A stretch of 64,000 nt of DNA from Tubulanus polymorphus (GCF_964204645.1 NC_134028.1:20642345-20706344), one strand, 5' to 3'; positions 24,386 to 37,784 are shown, numbered from the stretch's first letter. Notes: generated from the sequence alone by a model not told the origin. Translations and numbers: made by a program.

Positions 24386-24534
24386 CTAGTTTTCTAGTTT
24401 TTTCAATGCATTTTTCAGAGATTTCAAATTGTTTCTTAGATCTTTGGCATTTTTTCGTACGTAATCGAAAATCAGCGATTTGCCTTGTTTTGACTTGAAG
24501 ACTTTCGACAAAACGCTAGGTAGTTGTGAACCTT
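24386..24534 (-). pseudogene. SHP copy 4, 3' fragment cut by a duplication junction
   Basis: GSQLPSVLSKVFKSKQGK...LKKLEN* followed by an abrupt switch at ~24540 to sequence homologous to position ~390. Confidence 0.75.
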
Positions 24535-24786
24535 ATTTTTGGAAATGAGTTGTTGTAGGAAGTCTATATTCGGGATTGGAAACTTCCGCGGAATCCTCAA
24601 AAGATTGGATTCGAACCGTTTACGGTATGTTCCATTGCGCATGTCTATTGCACGCGACAGAACAATAATCTCCGGTTCGATATGGCTTCGATGTTAGACG
24701 TGAAAGATGAAACTAGGAAAAGACTTTCATATTTGAGTGTTTTGCGAGGTGATATCGATATTGTTTATAGGTAATTCGATTTTCAG

Positions 24787-25445
24787 ACTTATTTCCCGTT
24801 CGCATTGCTTTGTGGGAGATTTTATAACAGTTGATTTACAGTCGGGCTCAGTTAAACCTCGTCTCAAGAGAGAAACCACTGTCACAGTATTTAATACCGG
24901 CCGGACGCCTTCAGGTTTAATTTACTCGTCTGTCAGAAATATCTCAGCGAACAAGAATGTAAAAAATGGTGTTCGTTGCCGTACAGCCAGACACAGCTGT
25001 TAGCGACAGCTGGAAGACACGCCCACACATCGGTCACACCTACAGGTATCAGCTCTCTTACTGAACATGTCAAGTTAAAACTTATATCTTTTTTCTGGCG
25101 CTTCTAAACTGTTTAATTTGTTTTGAACCGAATTACTTGTTATCGTTGAGATTGGGGTCTCGTGCAGTTGTTTGAGTGGAGGACTGGGAACCAAGAGGTC
25201 CCTAGATCTAAACCACATCTGGCGTTGGCTGTCGAGACACATGCATGGACTCAGCTCTGGTAACTCTGTCAGGTTGTGAGCCATAACAACCTATAAAAAG
25301 GCATTGGTCGTCTCTTAAGAACCACTAGGGTTACAGTGTTACTAGCTGCTGGGACGAAAAACTCTTCTTATTACATGCCAGATGGCGTTACGGCAATATA
25401 AACTTGTTCTATGTATTGGACACCGTCTGAAACAACTGGAAGCTC
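24787..25445 (+). pseudogene. Degenerate class B GPCR N-terminal exons
   Basis: Near-identical to 633-1304. Confidence 0.6.
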
Positions 25446-25696
25446 GTAAGTATCACCTGCTAAGAGGTTCCCGGGTTCTTGTAAGTAATATCCGCACACC
25501 CCTTTCTGGAGAACTGTAAACTGCGAATCGTCAATGAAATCAATACATCACTAAATTCATTTCTAATGCCAAAAGAATTATTTATTTGCATTTTCAAGCA
25601 CTGATACAAATTTGAATCGTATAGAATAATTAGAACATACATCTTCTAGTATAATGCGATGCAGGTAAAATTATCCATCATTTCTAAATACTTTTT

Positions 25697-26229
25697 CTAG
25701 TTTTCTTTATTTTTTTTCAATGCATTTTTCAGAGATTTCAAATTGTTTCTTAGATCTTTGGCATTTTTTCTTACGTAATCGATAATCAGCGATTTGCCTT
25801 GTTTTGACTGAAATACTTTCGCCAAAACGCTAGGTAGTTGTGAACCTTTTAACTTTAGATCGTCCAAGATCTTGCTGTTGACCATAGTTTCGCAATCTAA
25901 TTTGCTCAGTGGTCCCGATATGGCCTTGCCGTAATGTTCGACAGCAAGAGATGATACCTGTCGATGAAACCAAACACATAATTGAAAATGCTATTTCCCG
26001 GAAAGCCCTTTAAATACAATACTGAGATTATAAGAATATTAAGAGGTTATAGTGAGTGTAGCTGCGATGGATTAACACACGTGATATGATTGAAAAAACG
26101 CTTTTTGACGATTACAGCGTTTTCTCTTTATAGACAGATATTTACCTTGCGACATGTACTTTCATCAATGGCATCGGTTGAAACCCAGAAAACGGCCAGA
26201 AAAACCACCAAAAAACTGATCAATTTCAT
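25697..26229 (-). CDS. SHP copy 5, intact, 114 aa
   Basis: Exons 26229-26146 and 25957-25697; GT-AG; near-identical to copy 1 (I>M in CETMVN). Confidence 0.8.
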
Positions 26230-27084
26230 GTTGTCTCCGTAAAACTGTAATCAGATCATAGAAATAGAGATTGGTTTCCGGCAGTGTCAGAACTGGAGAC
26301 TGGTCCCCGGCTGTTTCAGAAATACAGATATCATTAGTGATCTTACCTGTTTAATGTGTGTTGAGGTTTAACGTGATGTCAAAGCGACTGACGAATGTTT
26401 CATTTTGTCGATTGAATCATGCGAGTTTTATACATATTTTGGGCTGAATAATATTTGATCAGAAGTTGCTGAACGGCTTCACATTAAACATCCCACTCAG
26501 TAGATTTAATACCAACTATTTACAGGATCGAGATTCGATTATTTCTGCTTTGTTTAATCTGTCTGCATCTGTTTTTCTACTGTATATTGCTGGAAATTTG
26601 AAGGACGATGGAGGTTTTACATTTCAATCGACAATTCCACAAAAGAGTCAACTTATTATTGTAAATAAACTCATTTTAACTAAACTCATAAAAGATAAAC
26701 TTATTTTAACTCTTGAGTCAAATTCAACTGAACTTAGGTACTTTGTCCAGGACAGTGTAAATGGATCCTAGAAACAAGTCTAGAAGTGTGGAACTTGGTC
26801 AAAAACTGTAGAAGTAGGTCCAGAACTGGATCTATTATGCGGCTTTCATGAATTATATTTATGGGCTTTCAGGAATATTATTGAGCTTCAGTTATTTCAT
26901 TGGTTAAACTATAGCAACAAGTAATGTACGGAAACTGGAGTTCATGGCCAGTGTCGCTATTATCAGACAACCTGCGTTTATGCTTGCGTCACACGTATAA
27001 ACAATAACAGTAAGGAGATTTTAACAGAAACCCGATACTGGAGAAATGACACAACCGCAACACTGGTTAACATTAGCAACCATA

Positions 27085-27420
27085 CCAGATCCACAACACT
27101 GTCGAAGTAGGCCTAGAAATGTGGACCTTGGTCCACAACTATGAAGTAGGTCCACAACTGTGAAGCTGGGCCCACAACTGCAGAAGTAGGTTTAGAAGAC
27201 AGTGTGGAACTGTTGGGTAATCATGTCGAAGAAGGTCCAGATTACTGTGGACTGTAGAAGTATGTCCAGAAGTGTGGAACTGGGTCCACATATAGAAGTG
27301 GGTCTAGAAGTGTGGAATTGGGTCCACAACTGTCGAATAGGTCCAGCACTGTATAACTGGATCAAAACTGTAGAAGCAGGTCCAAAATTGTGTAACTGGA
27401 TCCACAACTGTAGAAATAAA
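27085..27420. repeat. Degenerate ~20-bp minisatellite
   Basis: Paralogue of 2965-3295. Confidence 0.8.
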
Positions 27421-28852
27421 TCGACGAGAAGTCGTTCAATTTGAAGAATGAAAGTTTTACATATTTGATGGGCGCTGTGATAATATATGGATTAGGGAGT
27501 CTAAAATTCAGTTCAAAGATTGAAAATGAACTTATTTTGACAGCGGAAACCTACTGCTCGTCAGGCCATCTGGCGGGATAGCAACTTTGTATGTACCCCA
27601 TTGTTTTAACACAATGAATATTGATAAAATCATTGATTGCACTGATCACCAGTTAGGTTATATTCAAATCCACCATTAATTATTCGTATCAATTAGATGA
27701 CAATGATAGGTTTAGTCAAATCCCCTCTCTATAGGAAACAATACAAGTCATCTCTAGAAGTTTCTGCCACATTTTGAATTTGCCGAAAATCTGCATGATT
27801 AAAAATTGCAAAAACGGGAGGGACTGAGGCAGTCTAGGGGTACCGTCTGACTAAGCCCCGGACGGTGTTGAGACAAAATTATGTTTAAACGCTGATATTT
27901 GAGTTCACACAGTTCACTTGTCCCTAACGCTAGCACGGTATATATCCCACGAGCAAACAAGCGATCATTTAGACAAACGTCATATTGTGTTACAAGATTA
28001 GTTAATCTTTTTCATTCGAACGAAATGTTTTCTTGGGAACGGCATTTTTTTCGTTCTAACGGAAAGTTCATCGTGGGAACGACACGTTTTTCGTTCGAGC
28101 GAAATGCTTGTTTTTTGATGGTAGCCAATTTCCCCTAACCCCTTAATCTATGGACGAGGTGGACATACAGATTATCAAGGAGATCAGCGCCATTTGTCAG
28201 TCAAAGACCGATTCCGTGACTACCTAATATCCATTAAATCCTCCTAATATATGTTACTAACCCTTTATGTATAGAAAGTAGCCGAAATATTGTATGATTC
28301 TCATTTTGTTTCAATGATTACGTTGATTATAATGTAATGTTACCTGAATCGAGCATAAGATTAACTACTTGTGGATCGATCACGCATTTGGAATTATAAT
28401 CTAACACCCCAATGAAGTATCCCCCTTTAAAATCACGTGAGCACCGCCCTTTACGTTCATACATGTATATGACATTCCGGTCGAAAACTCCGGTCGAGAA
28501 TTCCTTCTTGTAAGAATAAATAAGGATATTTTTTCATCGTGTCACCTCCGGGGGCAAGGCAAAGCATACTGGTGATATATTACAACCAAACCCGACATAA
28601 ACCGCAATCTTTAAAATCACCTTCATTTCACCTTGAAAAACTGCATTATACAATCGCATTTCAACAGTTCCTGCATTTGCGCAGATTTTTTTTTAGATCA
28701 ATCTTGTTATTCAGAAAATCTAGACTATTTTTGCAGATCGAGTTCGATCAGGTGCAAGATTGAATTCTACACTAGCTCTCAATCGAATAATTGTGTAATA
28801 CAATGTGTAATCAGTTGTTATGACTTGCAACAGAATATGACGTTTGTCTAAA

Positions 28853-28881
28853 CAGGGAAGTGTGATCATCACACTTCCCTG
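28853..28881. mobile_element. 29-bp perfect hairpin insertion with 7-bp target duplication
   Basis: CAGGGAAGTGTGAT-C-ATCACACTTCCCTG flanked by GTCTAAA on both sides; the empty site is at 4911-4917. Confidence 0.6.
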
Positions 28882-29399
28882 GTCTAAATGATCGTGTGTT
28901 TCATCACGGGATATATACCGTATATACCGTGTAAGCGTTAGGGGACACGTGAACTGTGTAAACTAAAATATCAGTGTTAAAACATCATTTTGTCTGAACA
29001 CCGTCCGACGCTTATTCAGACGGTACCCCTAGACTTCATCGCCCCCTTCCCATTTAAAATTCAGGTTCTTAAGGTTTACAATTCATGAGCATGCAGATTT
29101 GTCGGCATGAATTCAAACCGTGGCAGAAACTTCAAGACATGCCTTGGAGTATTTGCCATAGAGGTGATCTGATAAAACCGACCATTGCCATCTAATCAAA
29201 ACAAAATAATTACTGGTCGGTTTAAATAGAATCTAACTGGTGATCAATGCAATCAATGATTTTATTGATATTCACTGCATTAAAACAATCGACGTAATGC
29301 GTTATTTTCGCCCATTCTCCCCAAATCAAACAAGTTCTCGTCGATTTATTGCAAATACAGAAAAAAACACAGAATATGTAAGTCAAAACGTCCTTTTTT

Positions 29400-29915
29400 C
29401 AGGTTGAGACCCAATTCCGCAGTTTTGCCCATGAGTTGCACACTCCTGGACCAAGTTCCATAAAACGAGATTCTGTTCCACAGTTCCGGATCTATTTCCA
29501 CGTGTGGACCCAATTCTTCAGTTCTGCATGGACCCTCCAGTTGTAGACCCAGTTCTGAATCTATTTCTACCGTTTTGGATCCAGTTCCACGGTAATGGAG
29601 ATACGTCTACAGCTTGGTCCCAGTTCCACAATTATGGTACTACTTCTAAAGCAGTTCCAGCTGGACGCATTTCAACCATGGTGGATCGGTTGTTTAGTTC
29701 TGGACCTGCTTCTACAGTTGTGGACCCTGTTCCACAGTTCTGGATCTACTTCTACAGTTTAAGACCCAGTTCCACACTTCTGGACCCGTTTCTACAGTTG
29801 TTGGCCAAGTTCCACAGATGTGGACCTACCCCTACAGTTGTGGTCATGACTCCACACTTCTGGATTTGCTTATTTAGGATCCAGCGCCACAGTCCTGGAC
29901 AAAGTTCCTAAGTTC
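29400..29915. repeat. Degenerate ~20-bp minisatellite, inverted
   Basis: Upstream of plus-strand SHP copy 6; paralogue at 55235-55770. Confidence 0.8.
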
Positions 29916-30432
29916 GGTTGAATTTGACTCAAGAGTTTGAAAATGAGTTCATTTTCAATAAGTTGCCTCTCTGTGAAATTGTGGAACTGTAGAACCGGAA
30001 GTAGTTCGTATGATATTTGAATATAAAGTTTAAATCTAGTCTTTTACAATAATCAATTCATGTGTCCATAAAAAATATGTCGAACCTCCATCGTCCTTCA
30101 AATTTCCAGCAGTATAGAGTAGAAAAACAGGGCCACACAGATTAAACAAAGCAAAAATAATCGAATCGATCCTGATAAATAGTTGAAATTAATTCAGCAA
30201 CTTCTGATCAAATATTATTCAGCCCAAAATGTATAAAACTGGCAAGATTCAATCGACAAAATGAGACATTCGTCAGTCGCTTCAACAGCACGTTAAATCT
30301 CAACACACATTATACAGGTAAGATCAATTCTTATATCGGTAGTTCTGACACAGCTGGAAACGAGTCTCCAGTTCTGACTGCCGGGAACCAGACTCTATTT
30401 CTATGATCTGATTGCAGTTTTTCGGATACAAC

Positions 30433-31140
30433 ATGAAATTGATAAGTTTTTTGGTGGTTTTTCTGGCCGTTCTCTGGGCTTCAACCGATGCCATTGATGA
30501 AAGTACATGTCGCAAGGTAAATATCTTTTAGTCATATCACGTGTGGTAATCAATCGCAGCTACACTCCTGAACCTTAAGTCTACAAATCTCCTTGATCCC
30601 ACGTGCAGTTGATATTACTTAGGGAAAGAAGATTAATTAACGGAAAAACCTCTCAGTATTTGAAACAAATCTCTGAAGATGAGTGGAAGTATTCCACCCG
30701 AAACGTTAGAATGAAATAACAACTGTTGTTTAAGATCTATATTGTGGGTTTTTACGCAGGACTGGAAATAGTCTCAACTATTTATAACCTCTTAGTATAA
30801 CCTCCTGATAATCGTGACATCAATGTTGTAATTTAAGGGTTCAGCAGGAAAAACCATTTTCAATTACATTTTTATTATATAGGTAGCATCTCTTGCTGTC
30901 GAACATTACGGCAAGGCCATATCGGGACCACTGAGCAAATTAGATTGCGATACCATCGTCAACAGCAAGATCTTGGACGATCTAAAGTTACAAGGTTCAC
31001 AACTACCTAGCGTTTTGGCGAAAGTCTTCAAGTCAACACAAGGCAAATCGAAGATTTTCGCTTACGTACGAAACAATGTCAACGTCATTAGAAACAATTT
31101 GAAAACTTTGAAAGAAGCATTGAAAAAACTAGAAAACTAG
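30433..31140 (+). CDS. SHP copy 6, intact, 113 aa
   Basis: Exons 30433-30516 (MKLISFLVVFLAVLWASTDAIDESTCRK) and 30883-31140 (VASLAVEHYGKAISGPLSKLDCDTIVNSKILDDLKLQGSQLPSVLAKVFKSTQGKSKIFAYVRNNVNVIRNNLKTLKEALKKLEN*). Not in the ORF track. Confidence 0.8.
30670..30710 (+). ncRNA. Minimal hammerhead-like motif inside the SHP intron
   Basis: UCU-CUGAAGA-U-GAGUGGAA(GUA)UUCCACCC-GAAA-CG-UU-AGA. Variants at ~5506-5546(-), ~34434-34472(-), ~56491-56531(+), ~58983-59022(-). Confidence 0.45.
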
Positions 31141-31779
31141 AAAATTCCATGCATAATGATCGATAATTCCAGCAAAATTGTATTTATACTAGAAGATGTA
31201 TGTTCTAATTCTATAGATTCCGGGTTTCCTTGTTCTATACGATTAAAATTTATGTCAATGTTTGAAAATGCAAATAAATAGTTCTTAGTCGGCATAAACT
31301 GAATGTAGTGATGTATTGATTTCATTGGCGGTTCGTAGTTTGCACTGCCCCCGGAAACCGGTGAGCAGATGAAACGAGTTCCCGGTGTCTCCAGACGGTG
31401 TCCAATGCACGGGACAGGTTTTTTTAAGGTTAACATTACGGGTAAGGGAGTTAGTAGTGGGACGATCTTGCATGCCAATTAATGCAAACGGGAGATTGTG
31501 AATGGAACCCGAGGATAAGTCTACAGAATTTATTCCAACCTGGGCAGATATGGCTGTTTGGATCCAGCCAATGATTACATAATCAGTTAGACCAGGACGG
31601 CATTAAGAATCTTCAACTTATGACAACGCAATTTTCAATTCAATTCAATTCAAAATTTATTCAGTAAATAATCATATAAATGGTTGCGGCTCAATATAAT
31701 ATAAAATTACAGCAAATGTATCAAAAATGTCAAACATACAGCGGATGGCTTAGTTCGCGTAGCATGCTTAAACTAAATC

Positions 31780-32270
31780 GCCAAAATATTTATGATTGGA
31801 CTAGTTTTCTTGTATCTATCTTTTCGACTCTTAATCAACAGGCCCTTTGCCAAAACTTTGCAATGGAAAGCGAGGTGATCTAACCCGAATTTCACGTTTG
31901 TTTTAATGGTGTGCTCTAGATGGGAAAATCTGCGGGATGAACTCTTCAACGATATCATCAAAATATTCCCCAACATTAGAAACCTCGACAAGGAACACCA
32001 ATTAACCTACTAAACTTTCTTTCCATCTATTAGCCAAAATTGTAAGCAAATTCTTTGGATCAAGAGTTTAAGGCCTGAATATCTAATTCCATATCTACCC
32101 ATTCCGAGTGAATATTATATTCGGTAACTTGCAATAATGTTAATTTTCTTTTCATTATCGTTCTATGTATAAGTTTTATACATCATTTTTATGTACAAAT
32201 TTTATATCATCCACAATCGTGTACGATTGCATGAATACTAAACATTGAATAACCTGTATTGTGGAATTGA
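31780..32270 (+). mobile_element. Possible decayed 3' end of a non-LTR retrotransposon
   Basis: Fragmentary translation LCQN..ESEVI..EFH..MVCSRWENLRDELFNDIIKIFPNIRNL resembles the Cys/His-containing C-terminus of LINE ORF2; contains stops and frameshifts. Confidence 0.35.
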
Positions 32271-32719
32271 AAACGCTATCAATACCGACATGTTACTGAA
32301 TCAATATTCACTGATGGCTTAATCAGGCCGCAAAACATATACTGCCTTGAAAATAGACGTTCGTCAGCAAAATATTGCAATCGCGACCAGCCCATCGGTA
32401 TAGAGATATCTTGCTGCAGAAATAGATATATCACTGTGACGTACATTGTTTTAATTTCTGAAATTCTTCATTAGAATATTTGCATGTACTCTCATTCGAC
32501 TCTCCTGGAGGAACTTACTGTAGACCGCGATAATTGGAGGTCCCTTGCATATCACATCGTGACGCAGCGGCGTTGGTGATGTCATAGAAGAAGATCTCAT
32601 TCGACTTAAAATTATGGCTGATGCAAAAAAGCAGCGAAAGCAATAAAAGAACAATATTTACAGGTGTAGTTGACACACTGATCAAATTTCATACCGAATT
32701 GGAACTGCCATTCCTCCGA

Positions 32720-32990
32720 TGGAATCACAAACAAGATGAAAGAAAGTCGATGGACGGAAATTTCTCAGGCCGTAAACTCAGTGGCTCCAGTGCTCGAACG
32801 GAGAGTGCAGGAAAAATAAACCAATTTGAAGAGTCGTAGCAAACGGGGGCACATTTTTATGCGAAGACACAAGCATGGTACAGGGGGAAGAAACACCACT
32901 GGTGGAGATCTTACGCCTGTAGAAGGGAAGTTAATGGCGTTGATGACAAAAGAGCAGTTGACGTATGGAATCGAAAGCGACGCAGGCCTA
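32720..32990 (+). mobile_element. Degenerate Myb/SANT-like DNA-binding ORF (PIF/Harbinger accessory-protein type)
   Basis: KESRWTEISQAVNSVAP, frameshift, then VQEK*TNLKSRSK..RRHKHGTGG..DLTPVEGKL..GIE, matching the W..I...VN / KW.NLK / TGG / LT..E pattern. Confidence 0.6.
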
Positions 32991-33218
32991 ACACTGCCGC
33001 GAGAACCTCGAAAAGAAATGAGACTGAGAATCTGTTTGTTATATAAATTATAAATAACCATATGATAACAATGTTATATAATTATATAAAATATCAGATT
33101 CGTTTCAGAGTCAACTAGGGAAGAAGCAATGGAGAGATATACCTTCCTAGGTAGGACGGGAATTGCGCATGCACAATCCCTTTTCGTTCAAATGATTTCT
33201 TCAATTGCTGATTTTCAG

Positions 33219-33721
33219 ACCTTATTTTTCTGTTCGTATTGCTTTGTGGGAGTTTTTTTTTCCAATGGGGAGCACCTGGCGATCAATACGATAATGAATT
33301 ACAGTCGAGTTCAGTTAAAAGTCGTCTTTAAAGAGAACCAGAGTCAGCTTTTAATACCGGACGCGTTCAAGTTAATTTCCCTCGTCTGTAAGAAATATCT
33401 CAGCGAACAAGAATGTGAATAATTGGCGTTCGTGTTGCCATACAGTCAGACAGTGTTGTGATCGATAGCTGGAAGACACGCGCGCACACCGGTCACTGTT
33501 GCAGGTATCAGCTTTCTCATTGAACATGTCAAGTTGGCACTTGTGTCTCCCCCTGGCGTTTCCGCACTGTTGATTTGTTTTTCTCTCGCAGATGAACCGA
33601 AACACTATCGTTGTCGGATGCTGTGGGACGGTGTTAGGTGTTGGGATATCACGCTAGGTGGGGTTACGGTAACAGAAACTTGTCCCGTGTATTGGACGCT
33701 GTCTGGAACAACTGGGAACTT
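33219..33721 (+). pseudogene. Best-preserved class B GPCR extracellular-domain exons
   Basis: Exon 33219-33504 (VCKKYLSEQECE, frameshift, WRSCCHTVRQCCDR*L) and exon 33592-33721 (DEPKHYRCRMLWDGVRCWDITLGGVTVTETCPVYW), which matches the C-x3-WDG-x2-CW-x-T...CP hormone-receptor motif; AG/GT boundaries present. Confidence 0.75.
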
Positions 33722-33996
33722 GTAAGTATCACCTGCTAACATGTTCGCGGTTACTTGTCAATATCATCTGCTCATCGGTATTCTGGGGGAACTGTAAACT
33801 GCGAACCATCAATGAAATCAATACATCACTACATTCGTTTCTAATGCCGATTAAGAATCATTTATTTGCATTTTCAAACATTGACACAAATTATGATTGT
33901 ATAGAACAAGGAAATGCGAAACCTATAGAATTAGAACATATATTTTCTAGTATGATAGAATGTTGCTCGAATTATCCATAATTTCCATGGCATTTT

Positions 33997-34752
33997 CTAG
34001 TTTCCCAGTTGTTTCAATGCTGTTTCCAAAGATTTCAAATTTTTACTTAGATCTTTCACATTGTTTCTTGCGAAATCGATAATCAGCGATTTACCTTGAA
34101 TTGAATTGAAGATTGTCGGCGAAATGTTACCTAGTAGATCCGGTGACTTAAGATCGTCCAAGATATTGCTTTGGACGATAGTATCGCAATCTAATTTACT
34201 CAGTGGTCCCGATATGGCCTTGCCATAAAACTCGACAGCATGAGATGATACCTGCCAATAAAAACAAACGCAATCGAAAATGCTTTTTCTTGGTAAATCC
34301 TTAAGATACAACAGTGAAAATCATGATTATAAGAATACTAAGAGGTTATAAATAATTGGCACTATTTCCAGTCTTGAATACAATTGCATAAAAACCCACA
34401 ATATAGATCTTAAACAACAGTTATTATTTCATTCAACGTTTCGCGTGGAATACTTCCACTCATTTTCAGAGATTTGTTTAAAATACTGAGAGGTATATCC
34501 GTCAATTCGTCTTTCCATGAACAATATCAACTGCACGTTGGACCAAGAAGGTTGGTAGACTTTAGGTTCATGAGTGTAGCTGCGATGGATTAACTCTACA
34601 TATTACATTCGATTGGTGAATCGCTTTGACGATACAGCGTTTCCTCTTTATAGGGAATTATTTACCTTGCTACATGTACTTTCATCAGCAATGGCATCGG
34701 TTGTAACCCAGAAAACCGCTAGAAAAACCACCAAAAAACTGATCAATTTCAT
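33997..34752 (-). CDS. SHP copy 7, intact, near-neutral variant, 113 aa
   Basis: Exons 34752-34666 (MKLISFLVVFLAVFWVTTDAIADESTCSK) and 34251-33997 (VSSHAVEFYGKAISGPLSKLDCDTIVQSNILDDLKSPDLLGNISPTIFNSIQGKSLIIDFARNNVKDLSKNLKSLETALKQLGN*). Confidence 0.8.
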
Positions 34753-35299
34753 GTTGTCTCTGGAAAACTGCAATCAGATCATAGAAATAGAGACTGGTTA
34801 CCGGCAGTGTCAGAACAGGAGACTGGTTCCCGACTGTGTCAGTTCATAGATATTACGAGTGATCTTACCTGTATGATATGTGTTGAGATTTAGCGTGGTG
34901 TTGAAGCGACTGACGAATGTCTCGTTTTGTCGATTGAAACTTGCCAGTTTTATACATATTTTGGGATGAATAATATTTGATCAGAAGTTGCTTAACGGTT
35001 TCACATTATATATCCCACTCAGTAGATTCAATTCCAACTATTTACAGGATCGATTCGATTATTTTTGCTTTGTTTAATCTGTCTGCCCCTGTTTTTCTAC
35101 TGTATATTGCTGGAAATTTGAAGGACGATGGAGGTTTAATATTTTTCACCCACATATGAATAAAATCTTGTAAAAGGCTACTTTATGAACTGTATATTCA
35201 AATATTAATTAAATTGCATCCGGTCCCACAGTTCCACATTTCCACAGTAAAATTATTCAAATTATTGAAAACTCGTGACTCAAATATAACCAAACTTTA

Positions 35300-35820
35300 G
35301 AACTTTGTCCAGGACTGTGGAACGGGATCCTAAGTAAGCAAGTCCTGAAGTGTGAAAAAGTGTGGTAAAAGTAAGTCCAAAACACGGTGGATCTGGATCA
35401 ACAACTGTAGAAGTAGGTCATGAAGTGTGGAACTTGGCCCACAACAGTAAAAGTAGGTCCAGAACAATGGAACTGCGTCGACAACTGTAGAAAGTAGTCC
35501 AAAATTGTGGAACTTGCTCTACAACTGTAGAAACATGTCCAAAACTGTGGAGCTGGATCCAAAACCGTAGAATGGGCCCGAACTGGGTCGACAAGTAAGG
35601 AAGGCGCATTTCTGTGGAACTCGATCCAAAAATTAGGTTTACACCAAGACTGTGGAACCGGGAAAACTGTAATTAGAGAGTTTTCAGAACTTTGTCCAAA
35701 ACTGTGGAAATGGATCCAAAACTGTGGAAATGGATCTAGTTTTATGGAACTTGGCAGGAGTGTCGAACTGAAAACTGTGAAAAACTGCGGGATTGGCTCT
35801 CTTGGAAAAGTTCGAAGTTT
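35300..35820. repeat. Degenerate ~20-bp minisatellite
   Basis: Paralogue of 6370-6900 and 59845-60340. Confidence 0.8.
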
Positions 35821-37784
35821 TGACATAAGAATCTATTCTATATCGTGTGTTTTCGGTATCTGCAGTTGAAATTGACGAGAACTTGTTCAATTTGGGGAAA
35901 ATCGGCGAAAAAACTAATTACGCCAAACGTTTTAACAGTAGTAAATATCAATAAAATCATTGATTGCATTGATCACGAGTTAGGTTCTATTCAAACTGAC
36001 TATTGATTATTCGTAGATGATAGCTTTGATCAGATCCCCTCTATAGGAAACATCCAAGTCATGTGTAGAAGTATCTGCCACATTTTGAATTTGCCAAAAA
36101 GAATCTGCATGATAAAAATTGTTAGCTTGAAAAAATCTAATGAATTTGAAACTGTAGGGCAGTCTAGGGGTACCGTAATAACTTCTCCCTATCCCGAACA
36201 GACGGAGTATCATCAAACACACGACCTTTCAAACTCATTGTATTGCAAGGCCGCACTTATAACATATTGTTTTCTATTATACTATGACCCCGAGAGCTGG
36301 TGTAGAATTCGACCTTGTACCTGATTGCACTCGTTCAGTAAAAATAGTCTATATTTTCAGAACAAGAAAATTTGTATTTAAAAATATGGAAATACGATTG
36401 TATAATGCTTTGTTTCAGGGTGAAATGAAGGTGATTTTAAAGATTGCGGTTTATGTCGGGTTTGGTTGTGGTATAACCAGTATGCTTTGCCTTGTAAGGA
36501 GCCTCCGGAAGTGTTATAAGTGACATTGTGAATTTTTTTTATTAACTTGCGTCCGATCGAAATGTTTTGCGACGTAGAAACTAAATAATTTTTTTCGTAG
36601 AAACGAAAATGTGTGACATGGTGGAAAATATTATTTTCAAAATAACTGTGGGTTAGGATCAGAAAAAGAGGTTTGGGGTGTCTTGCCCATTACTCGCACT
36701 CCCAATTAAGGCACAGGCACTCCAGCGTTGCACGGATAGCCGAAAGCTCGTAACTAGTCATAATCATGTGTGTGATTAGCGAATTAGTAGATCTTATCCA
36801 AATCCTAACATAACGCTCAAAGCGATATTAGCCCCAACTCAAGTGTTCTTACCCCCAAGCCTTCTAAAAAGCCTTCGCAAAATTACCCCTCAGACAATAA
36901 CCCTTCGCAAATGATCCCCAAAAATAACACATCACCTTCGAATTGCCCCAGAATAACAACCCCCAGACAACTCATGGAGATTGCCAACCCCCTTACTCCA
37001 GTAGGTGGGGGGATTTGTATTCTTACAATGAGGAATGCTACAATTTTTGACTCGAATGATACATGTATGAACGTTAAGGGCTATGGTCATGTGATTTTCG
37101 ATTGGGATTCCTGATTGGGGTGTTAAACTTTGTATCTATAATTCCAAATTCGTAATCGACCCACACGTAGTTGATGCTGGGTTCAGGTAACATTCTGTTA
37201 TAATCAACTTATTAAATATGACGAAATGAGAATCATACAATTATTCGGCTACTTTCTATACGTACAGCTTGTAGGGTTAGTAGGATTCATGGATAACAGG
37301 TAGTCATGGAATCGGTCAAAGACTGACAAATGGCTTTGGTCTCTTCAATAATCTGTTTGACCCCCCTCCATGGAGTCAGGGGTCAGGCGGACATGCCTCC
37401 TATTAAAAAATATTTCGTTCGAACGGAAAAATTTCGTTCCCACGAAAATCTTTTCGTTAGAACGAAAACATTTCGTTCCCACGAAAACATTTTGTTCAAA
37501 TGAAAAGATCAATGATATAATCTTGCAATACAATGTGTCGTTTGTCTAAATGATCGCTTGTTGCTCGTGGGATATACACTGTGTTAGCGTTAGGGACAAG
37601 TGAACTGTATGAACTCAAATATCAGCGTTATTAAGACATAATTTTGTCTCAACACCAGTTGTCTCAACAATTGGCGTAATTAATTTTTTCACCAAATTGA
37701 GCAAGTTCTAGTCGATTTCAATGCGAAAACAGAAAATGCACAATATCGAATAGCTTTTTAAGTCAGAACTTCGAGCTTTTTCGG

